This document shows, piece by piece, positions 51,624-61,197 of a DNA stretch of 64,000 nucleotides. Both the position numbers and the translations under genes were made by a program. The notes below the pieces were generated by a model. That model was not told the origin of the DNA. It saw only the letters and a list, made by a program, of their open reading frames with translations, and did not search any database. The stretch spans positions 22,378,315 through 22,442,314 of the forward strand of contig NC_057721.1 of assembly GCF_004010195.1 (NCBI RefSeq), in the 5' to 3' direction. The number at the start of each line of letters is the position of its first letter. The first letter of the stretch is position 1. Source of the stretch: Chiloscyllium plagiosum. Lineage: Eukaryota.

Positions 51624-52243
51624 TGTTGAAAATGTGTTGCTGGAAAAGCGCAGCAGGTCAGGCAGCATCCAGGGAACAGGAGAATCGACGTTTCGGGCAT
51701 AAGCCCTTCTTCAGGAATGAGAAAAGTTTGTCCAGCAGGCTAAGATAAAGGGTCGGGAGGAGGGAATTGGGGGAGGGGGGTCGGAAATGTGATAGGTGGA
51801 AAGAGGTCAAGGTGAGGGTGATAGGTCAGACTGGGGTGGGGGCGGAGAGGTCAGGAAGAATGAGGGTGATAGGTCAGACTGGGGTGGGGGCGGAGAGGTC
51901 AGGAAGAATGAGGGTGATAGGTCAGACTGGGGTGGGGGCGGAGAGGTCAGGAAGAATGAGGGTGATAGGTCAGACTGGGGTGGGGGCGGAGAGGTCACCC
52001 CAGTCTGACCTATCACCCTCACCTTGACCTCTTTCCACCTATCACATTTCCGACGCCCCTCCCACAAGTCCCTCCTCCCGACCTTTTATCTTAGCCTGCT
52101 GGACAAACTTTCCTCATTCCTGAAGAAGGGCTTATGCCCGAAACATCGATTCTCCTGTTCCCTGGATGCTGCCTGACCTGCTGCGCTTTTCCAGCAACAC
52201 ATTTTCAGCTCTGATCTCCAGCATCTGCAGACCTCACTTTCTC
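51624..52243. mobile_element. Large palindromic PLE terminal-repeat insert with internal 48-bp tandem array and 11-bp TSD
   Basis: Inverted arms of about 210 bp; hammerhead cores at 51687-51714 (-) and 52120-52147 (+); TSD ctatctgtgag at 51613-51623 and 52244-52254. Confidence 0.9.
51813..51997. repeat. 48-bp tandem repeat, about 3.9 copies
   Basis: Unit tgagggtgataggtcagactggggtgggggcggagaggtcaggaagaa starts at 51813, 51861, 51909 and 51957. Confidence 0.95.
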
Positions 52244-52959
52244 CTATCTGTGAGCAAGCAAGGCAAACGATTCCTTTCTTGGTGCTTTGGTGTGAAAACT
52301 GGCAATTGATTTTCAACAGGACTTCCTGAAACCCCATAGCAACCAAGGTAGATAGGTTTATCACTGGGCAAAACTAGTACGAGTTTCCATGACCCTCTCG
52401 ACAAATCAATCGATCCTGAATTTTAAAAAGTACAGTTAAATAGTTGGCCTGTGCTCATAGCAGCTCACTCATGAAACTGAAAAATTACTACAATGACAAC
52501 TTTCTACAGCACTATTAAAGTATAATATTTCTAATACCTTAAAACCAAAGTTACTCATTAAAATATAAGAAATATTCTGTCTTCTCCTGTCCTATTTCAT
52601 TATAAAACCTTGCCTTGTAATCCTGTAATAACAACTGCATGTGACATTTAGAGTTCAGTTGCATGAGTTTTAGAACTTGTCCCTTGAAGATGAGAGTTCA
52701 TTTTACTACTGATGGTTTTATTTTCCATTGTTCATCACAGTAAATCTTCTTTCTCATTCCACATCTTTTGACAGTTTCCTATATCCTAGGTTAGAATATT
52801 GTATTTTTTTTTAGATGGGTTAATCTTGGCAAGAACGACGTTTTCAAAAGGGTTTTCACCATTCAACACGATATTTGAACCACTGCTTCCCAGTGTTAGT
52901 ACCTGGTCTCCATGATCTTTTGCAGGTATTTGAGTGTACAAATCTGAAAAGAAAGTCTC

Positions 52960-53565
52960 AAGAGAATAGGAATTGGGACGTCATGTTGTGGTTGTACAGG
53001 ACATTGGTTAGGCCACTTTTGAAATACTGGATTCAATTTTGGTCTCCCCGCTATAGGAAAGATGTTGTCAAATTTGAAAGGGGTCAGAAAGCATTTTCAT
53101 GGATGTTGCCAATGTTGGAGGGTTTGAGCTATAGGAAGAGGCTGAATAGGCTGGGGTTATTTTCCCTGGAGTGTTGGAGGCTGAGGGCTGACCTTACAGA
53201 AGTTTATAAAATCACAAAGGATATAGATAGGGTGAACAGCCAAGGTCTTTCTCCTGGGTGGGGGAGTCCAGAACTAGAGGGCATAGGTTTAGGGTGAGAA
53301 GGGAAAGATTTAAAAGTGACCCAAGGGGCAACGTTTTCATGCAGAGGATGGTGCGTATATGGAATGAGCTGCCAGATGAAATGGTGGAGGGTGGTACAAT
53401 TATAACATTTAAAAGGCATCTGGATGTGTATATGAATAGGAAGGGTTTAGAGAGATATGGGCCAAGTGCTGGTAAATGGGACTAAATTAATTTAGGACAT
53501 CTGGTCAGCATGGATGAGTTGAACTGAAGCTTCTGTTTCTGTGTTGTACATCTCTATGACTCTAA
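52960..53565 (+). mobile_element. CR1 LINE 3' end
   Basis: LYRTLVRPLLKYWIQFWSP...LFSLECWRLRADLTEVYKI and ESRTRGHRFRVR...WNELPDE...FKRHLD; tail ctctatgactcta. Confidence 0.9.
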
Positions 53566-53669
53566 TCAATCACACATCAGAATTGTCCTAAGCCTGCAGT
53601 TAAAGAGGACAACTTTTATCTTTTAGTTCATTCCCATTACTTAAGTTTTCAGTTCATTATCAGAAGTTG

Positions 53670-53770
53670 AGTTCTGAGGAAGGGTCACTGGACCTGAAAC
53701 ATTAACTTTGATTTCTCTTCACAGAGGCTGCTAGACCTGCTGAGCTTTTCTAGCAACTTCTGTTTTTATT
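53670..53770 (+). mobile_element. Third-family PLE-like terminal repeat with hammerhead-like core
   Basis: CTGAGGA-a-gggtc(actg)gacct-GAAA-ca-TT at 53674-53703, followed by gctgctagacctgctgagcttttctagcaacttctgttttt. Confidence 0.65.
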
Positions 53771-53979
53771 GTTGACCAGAAGGTGTGGGTTTGACAATGC
53801 CTCTTGGTAGGCAAATTCTTCATTCTTCTGTTGAATAAAATCTACTTTAGACATTTTAACAACTTTAAGATTATGCTGGTAACTAGTCAAAAACTCCTGA
53901 TCTTCCTTTTAGCTCATTCACAAATTTTTTTATATTCACTTATTGTCTTCCCACTCACCAAGTGATTCCATCCATTGCG

Positions 53980-54780
53980 TTTGTACCAGCTGACTAGGCT
54001 AGCTGCCCATTTTAATCCCATTTCCGTGCACCTGGTCTACAGTCTTGCAGGTTACAGCATTTCAGGTGAATATCCATTTTCCTTTTAAATGAGCTGAGGC
54101 TCCCCCCTCAACCACCAAACTGGGCAATGAACTCCAGTCACCTATGCTCTCTGCCGAAAATGATTTTCCTCATGTCCTCTCTAATACTTCTACCATTAAA
54201 CAGATCTTGCCTGTCCTCTGCACCTTCAATGTTTCGTGCATCTCTGCCTCCTCTGTTCTGAGGATAATAACCCTAGCTTATCCGATCTTTCATCAGAGCT
54301 GTAATTTTCAAATCTTGGTAACATTCTTGTAAGTTTCCTCTGTTCTCTCTCAAGGACAATTATGTCCTTTCTGTAAGGTGGTGACCAGAACTGTCCACAA
54401 AACTCCAGCTGTGGTCTAATTGGTATCTTGTATATTTCCAGCTTTACATCTCTGCTTTTATATTAAATACTTTATCTAAGAAAGTATCTCTTTTGCCTTC
54501 TTTAGTACCTTATCTATCTGTCCAGCTACCTTTAAGGCGCTGTGAACATGTACTTCAAGATATCTCACTTCTTCCATCCCTTTCAATACTCCCCTGATTA
54601 TTTTGTGTTGTCTTGCTTTGTTTGCCCGTCCCAAATGCATTACCTCACACTTCTCTTTAATTCCATTTGTTATTTCTCTGCTCACTCAATCAAGCCATTA
54701 ATGTCATCCTGCAGTTGACTGCCATTCTCTTCATTACCACCTAACCAGCCAACTTTAGTGTCTGCAAACTTCCCAGTTAT
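53980..54780 (-). mobile_element. CR1 RT fragment
   Basis: ORF 54476-54685 has EKCEVMHLGR...LEVHVHSALKVAGQIDKVLKKA; KFADTK-like motif near 54760. Confidence 0.8.
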
Positions 54781-55263
54781 GCCTCCAGTTATGTTCCCAC
54801 TGAGTGCAGAGAACTGGAAAGGTTTTTAATTTGGGAGGATGAGATTGGTGAGAGCTATTGAGTGGTCATGAGGGAAGCAATATGAGAGTTGTAACTTACG
54901 AGCCTTAGTGAGTTGCCTTTGCAGTGGCTCAGTTAACACAATGGTGGTTTTGTGAGTGTAAGGTAGCAGACAGAAGATGGAAGGCACTTACCATTGCACA
55001 ATACAGAAAGTTATTTGACATTCTTCTGCACTGCTGGGTGTTTCTTCTAATCTTTGGACAAAGTACTGACCTGGGCTGTTATCTGGATCCATTATGGCTA
55101 TGTCTAGTGGCACGGTCTCTTACAATATCAGTGAAAAAAATACTGTCCACCTCTGCACCACCCAGTTCATCAACACCTCCAGGTCCATGTCTGCAAAACA
55201 GGATATATGTTTTTCTTCATGGGCTATATCCTCAATGATAATGGTTAAGTATCACACTGTGAG

Positions 55264-55608
55264 GGGCAATACGGTGACACGGTGGCTCAGTGGTTAGCAC
55301 TGCTGCCTCAAAGCGCCAGGGACTCAGGTTTGATTTCCTCCTTGGGCAACTGTCTGCGTCGAGTTTGCACATTCTCTCCATGTCTGCCTGGGTTTCCTCT
55401 GGGTGATCTGGTTTAATCCCACAATCTAAAGATGTGCAGGTCGGGTGAATTGGCCACACAAAATTGTCCATAGTGTTAGGTACATTAGTCAGGGGTAAAT
55501 ATAGGGTAGGGGAATGGGTCTGGGTGGGTTACTCTTCGAAGGGTCGGTGTGGACTTGTTGGGCCGAAGGGCCTGTTTCCATACTGTAGGGAATCTAATCT
55601 AATCTAAT
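55264..55608 (+). mobile_element. HE1-type V-SINE
   Basis: Head, V-domain and (aatct)n tail. Confidence 0.85.
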
Positions 55609-55765
55609 TCCTGGTTTGCAGCAACCAAAGTTGTGTGCATCTAGGGTTTACAACTGGCATTAATGGTAGAAATGCCACAATGTGCAGGCAGTGGCAAAAA
55701 CTTCTGACTTTCTTGCCATGTAAAATCCACATGCTGGGCCCTGAAGAGTCTGGATGCATTAGTAA

Positions 55766-57410
55766 TTAAGTGAAGAGCAGAAGATTTCTAGAGATAGTTG
55801 CTGCAAGCCATGGTTGACCAGACACCATGAATCTTACTCGACAAAATGCTTTAACTGAAATGGTAAAGTTACACTCCTTATAGCCAGCTAGATAATTTCC
55901 TAACAGAAATTCAACATCTTTAATGAATAACGTAATCACAGTCCACATAACTGCAATACTGGAAATGTAACCACATTTCAAATTAACTTTATCGAGTTAA
56001 ACATCCTCCATTAATACTCATTAATATCTTTTTATAATATGAACCTTCCAGAGGGAGATTGCTGCCATCAGCCATCATCAGCAATTTCTCTAAGAATAAT
56101 AATTTTGTTTCCATGCTTTAGCAGATAAGAATAATGATATTTCATCTCTGAGCTTGTAACTCCTCCATTTTCAGTGCTTTGATTGTTGATCTATGCTGCT
56201 AATTTCCTCACTCTAACTATAATTCTGATGATTATCAAATTTCTGTGTGAGTTTGTAAACAAAGGCTTACTGCTATTCACATGTTTTTGCGACCATTCGT
56301 AATCATTAGCCATTACAATAGCTGACTTTGTTTTGGAAACTTTATTAACTGTATCTCAAAAGGGATACCAATTTTAAATTCTTCCATGAGTATTATCATT
56401 CTAAGATTTTCAAAATCTCATTCAATCTCAATAGACCCGTATTTCCTATCAAATATCATTTCCTTTTTTCTCATAAATTCCACAAAAGTGTGATTCTACT
56501 GCTTCCTTTGATTTCTAGACTTTTGCCGCAAGTTTGCAGAACTAACTCAGAGGCAATAAAAATAATCATTTTCTCTGTATGATAATCACTAAATGGTTTG
56601 TCTGATGGAGATGAGGACTCTTCTAATGCCTTTCCACCAAATGCGTTTTGCAGTAAAACCATTCAACTTTCCAGAAGTCATTATATCTTTGAAGCAATTT
56701 CCTAAAATCATGCATTATACGTTTCAACTCCTTCCTCACAAAATGAGGTACAAAGTGTCAATTCAAAACAAAAAGTTACATCTGAGTTTACATTAAGTTT
56801 TCCTGCCAACCCCTCCATTCATGTAATTTAAGATTTTTTTGTCAATTTCAAATATTTTTCTCTAAATTTTCTTGTTCTAGTTTCTCATTGATCTTTTTCG
56901 CTTTCTCTTTCAAACTTGGGGTTTTCCTGGTCTTTTGCCCTTTGGAATTCAAGAACAAGTTTTCACATTTGCTTTACTATCTCAAATTCATTTTTTTCTA
57001 CCCATCTCTCTTTCTCGTGAATTTAGTTGTTGCCTTCATCTCTTTCAGCTCAAGTTACTTCATTTATAATTGGAATTTAAAAAACTCAACCTGAGTGCTA
57101 TCAGACTCAGCATTTTCATCTCCAGGCTCAGGTGTTCTGAAAAAGATTCTTTCACCCCAAAATGTTAACTCTGTTTTTCTCTCTTTACAGATGATACGTT
57201 TCTCCAGCACTTTGTTTTAATTTCAGATTTCCAGTATCCATAGTATTCACCATTTTCTTCTCAAGATTCAGAGGTTAAGCTGATACATCAGTAACCTTCA
57301 CTTATTTAAGTTTCTACTTCTAACTCTGTTTCACCACTTTCAAACTAAACTTTGTCAACTATTGCAAGCAAATTGCCTTTCTTCAGAGATGGTTAACCAA
57401 CAGAAGTAGC
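55766..57410 (-). mobile_element. Decayed Gypsy-type LTR retrotransposon gag and protease-adjacent remnant
   Basis: Minus-strand pseudo-translation gives an E/K/R coiled-coil stretch, then FVPHFVRKELKRIMHDFRKIASKI**LLES*MVLLQNAFGGKALEE...SDYHTEKMIIFIASELV, FENLRMIILMEEFKIGIP, AIVMANDYE, and further on KDVEFLLGNYLAG. This is collinear with fish Gypsy gag motifs as remembered (LVPPF.E..F.KIA..W.LLLQ...GKA.E...DY..VK.AIL.AYELVPE..LILLEEFK..LLGNDLAG). Confidence 0.7.
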
Positions 57411-57727
57411 CGTGCTGATTTTTCAAAGAATACAGCAAAAATAAATGTGAAATCAGATGTATTCAAATATGCCAAATTCCTTTATATTTATTTTCTTGCC
57501 TCTGGATTCATATCTTGCAAAAACCCCACATTCAGAGATTGAAAACATAAGAGATTTAAATTCCCAGTGACTAAAGTAAAGGACCTTGCAACAAGATTTC
57601 ACATTTTACTGCAACATCCTAAAATCAACATTGTCTAAACACTACGTATTAAGCAATGAATACGCTGAACTACAGAATGGGTATCCTAACTTGGCAGAAG
57701 AACGCACATGACATATACATGTTACAG

Positions 57728-57946
57728 AGCTGAAAAATGTGTTGCTGGAAAAGCGCAGCAGGTCAGGCAGCATCCAAGGAGCAGGAGAATCGACGTTTCG
57801 GGCATAAGCCCTTCTTCATTCCTGAAGAAGGACTTATGCCCGAAACGTCGATTCTCCGGCTCCTTGGATGCTGCCTGACCTGCTGCGCTTTTCCAGCAAT
57901 ACACTTTTCAGCTCTGATCTCCAGCATCTACAGTCATCACTTTCTC
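57728..57946. mobile_element. Near-perfect palindromic PLE terminal-repeat insert with 16-bp TSD
   Basis: Arms of about 90 bp; core CTGAAGA...GAAACGTC at 57822-57849; TSD catatacatgttacag (57712-57727) / catatatatgttacag (57947-57962). Confidence 0.9.
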
Positions 57947-58478
57947 CATATATATGTTACAGCATGCCCTCTGAAGCACTTGGTAATCTTTACAGGAAAT
58001 TGTCCAAAGTGGTTTCTTGGTTCTGACAGGAGTGTTTCTTCCCAATTTAATAATTCCTAGTGTCTGTTGAAAGTCATTTCTTCAGTCTTCTGACTGTCCC
58101 CAAACTGACTTCTAGCATCGAGGCTTAATAAAACAATTCTTACTCCCATCCAAACCATGGCTGTGAATTTGACTGCAAGCTGACAGACATCAAAGCCAGC
58201 TGTTCCTTTTATTTATTTCCAGGTTTAAAAGCTGATACTTTACTTTTACTAGGACCTGTCCTTTGACCCCTGCCTTAGTGGCAACAAGGTCACAAAGGCT
58301 TATCGTTGGGTAGAACTAATAGAAGGTTGCATGTCCCTCTCCACTCCATTTTTCCTTAAATTCAAAGAGGTGTTTTAAAAGATAATCATCTTATAAAACC
58401 TCTCACTCACAGAAGTATCAATAAACAAAAGACTTAAAAAGGTTTTCCGGCAGCTAAACTTGATACTGTTTTGGAATG

Positions 58479-58685
58479 TTGAAACTTTATTGCTGGAACA
58501 GCACAGCAGGTCAGGCAGCATCCAGGGAACAGGAGATTTGACGTTTCGGGCACAGGCCCTTCTTCAGGGCCTGTGCCCGAAACGTCGAATCTCCTGTTCC
58601 CTGGATGCTGCCTGACCTGCTGTGCTGTTCCAGCAATAAAGTTTCAACTTTGATCTCCAGCATCTGCAGACCTCACTTTCTCCTC
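58479..58685. mobile_element. Near-perfect palindromic PLE terminal-repeat insert with 14-bp TSD
   Basis: TSD actgttttggaatg at 58465-58478 and 58686-58699; minus-strand core CTGAAGA-a-gggc(ctgt)gccc-GAAA-cg-TC at 58540-58567. Confidence 0.9.
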
Positions 58686-60811
58686 ACTGTTTTGGAATGA
58701 CAAAATCCTGCTTGCAAAGTGATAATACTGCAAAGAGAATTTCATTTTTTTCATTTATTGGTTGTCAAATTATGACTTAGAATGCATGTCGTATTGAGGA
58801 ATGTTGGAGCAACATAATTATTTTTAACAGAGTTGTCAGGCTATAATAAAACCTATTTTGGGTTGTCAAATATTGGAGTACCTACATTTTTTGCAAGTTT
58901 TAGATATAAATTACAATGTCATAACTGTGAAATACCTGACAACACATTCTTGTATGGATGATTCGTTGGGGGAATGGAAGATTGAGCCTATTGCTGAATT
59001 GATGGAATCTCACATTGTGATGGGCATAAGAGAATTGACAGCTGGCCCATGTTTAAAAAAATTATCAAATTATCTATCATCTGTCAGCTTAGGAGAACCA
59101 TTAGAAATGAGAAAGTTTAGAATATTGAGTCTTTATAATTTACAATTGTGATGCACACTAGATGCTAACTAATATGTGAAAAACATCCACAAACTCTGAT
59201 CTTCATAATACCTTTTGGTGAAGCCTAACAGTGATAACATTTATCATGATCAAAATTATATAACCATGTGGGTTGTTACAGTGCATTCATGTGATGTTTA
59301 AGAAGTCTGTTTAACACAACACATTTAAAATCTATCCCTAAAATAGATACTTTAGGAAAGGTAAAAATTGCCACCGTTCAAAGCTTTTGAGTTACTGTCA
59401 CAGCATAGAAATGGTCAAAGATAGATTTTGATGAACCATAGAAAAGAACATTGAAGTTCCAGAATTAAGATTCAAATCCTTGTTGCTAAAGAACTGGAAA
59501 AGTTGTTTGAGGTGGGTTAGGGAGGCTGTGGATAAATTGGAAAACAAACCATAAGATCTTGAATTTGAAGAATAGGGAATAGAGAACCAGTGAAAACTAA
59601 TGAGGAAAGAAATAATATTTGAGTGGGATTTATTGCAAGTAAGATATGACTAGTAAATGTTTTTGGATAAATTGATACTGAGAGCACAGACAAGTTGGCT
59701 TGTTATGCAAGGTGCTGTCGAAATTGGCTTTCCTGTGTTTGAGGATATCTATTCAAGGTGGCAAACCGTTACTATGGGTCTCAATGTGACCAAATAGACC
59801 ATTTGGTAATCCACAATCTTTGAGCACAAAGGACAGGGATCTCTCGCAAGGTAGTGTGACCCTGACTGTAGGATTTGCTTCTTTTTCTTTCCTTCTCTGA
59901 AGTCAGATGGTTTCATTATTAAATCTTTGCAATAGCAGGCATGGTACAGCTTTATGGATCAGCTTTCTGAAGAATTTATAACAAGCCGCTCCCAATCATT
60001 CAAGTCTGTGCTGTCATGCTTCAAGTACATCTTCAGAATGTCTTTTAAGGTGTTTTCTTTTTCCTTCCCTAAAATGTTGGCTATTTGAGAGTTGAGAGAA
60101 AGGTCCTAGCAATAGAGAGTTTTCAGCCATCTCGGCACATTGATCAGTACATCAAACTTGATATTGCAGGAGTTTTGCATGAATGTTTTTGGACTTGTTT
60201 TCAGGAAGGAAACTAGCCGATCTAACAGAGAGAAAAAAAACATCATTGTCATATTGTAACATGGACTTCACATGGAAAGACATACTTGTGCTGATAAAAT
60301 CCCAACCATTATGGAAGTCATTAAAAGGCAATCAATTCATGGATGATAAAGGAAATATTACCAATCTTAAATCTGGAAATTATGCTGTAGTATATTAACA
60401 AATGAACATGAATATATTTGTTGAATATTAATTTAATGGTTTGATCCCTTTGTTAAGAGAGTAGAAAACTGATTTAATATAAATAGTTTGTATGTTGGTA
60501 TATCAATATTGTAACAGATTATTTCTGGGTGTTTTTTCTGTTGGAAAAGAAAAATGGTAAAAAAATTTCAAATCCAGCTGGAACAGATGAAGAATCAGAA
60601 ATCAAAAGAAAGCTTGAAACTATTCTTGACAATCATGCAGTAATGAACTACTTGAGAGTCCTGATGCAAAGCAAGTGTTGGAAAGAAGTGATTTGATTAA
60701 ATTTTGCACTGCATGTCATATTTCAGGATGGGAAAAGTAGCTTGGCCCAGACATTTAGTTTAGTTTGATGTTTAATTAACCCATGCCTGTGAAGCACAAA
60801 TGCATAACTAA

Positions 60812-61197
60812 ATTGCTAAAGCCATTGTTGTGGTTCTGTTTGCCGAGCTGGAATTTGTGTTGCAGACGTTTCGTCCCATGTCTAGGTGACATCCTCAGTG
60901 CTTGGGAGCCTCCTGTGAAGCGTTTCTGTGTTGTTTCTTCTGGCATTTATAGTGGTTTGTCTCTGCCACTTCCGGTTGTCAGTTCCAGCTGTCCGCTGCA
61001 GTGGTCAGTATATTGGGTCCAGGTCGATGTGTTTGTTGATAGACTCTGTGGGTGAGTGCCATGCCTCTAGGAATTCCCTGGCTGTTCTTTGTTTGGCATG
61101 TCCTATAATAGTAGTGTTGTCCCAGTCGAACTCATGTTGCCTGTCATCTGCGTGTGTGGCTACTAAGGATAACTGGTCCTTAGTAGCTACACACGCA
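60812..61197 (-). mobile_element. Penelope-like element 3' fragment (different clade) with hammerhead core at 60865-60898
   Basis: Minus strand encodes SLVATHADDRQHEFDWDNTTIIGHAKQRTAREFLEAWHSPTESINKHIDLDPIY (GIY-YIG C-terminus). Downstream: gca-CTGAGGA-t-gtc(acctagacatgg)gac-GAAA-cg-TC-tgc. Confidence 0.85.

Noticed and set aside
51813-51997. Possible CRISPR-like array or repeat-protein ORFs (51767-52067)
   Set aside because: Units are contiguous with no unique spacers, derive from the PLE terminal repeat, and there are no cas genes; the ORFs are by-products of a 48-bp period.
57722-58060. Recurring short ORFs such as MCCWKSAAGQAAS and MLPDLLCFSST
   Set aside because: They are translations of the non-coding PLE terminal repeat, present in many copies and frames.
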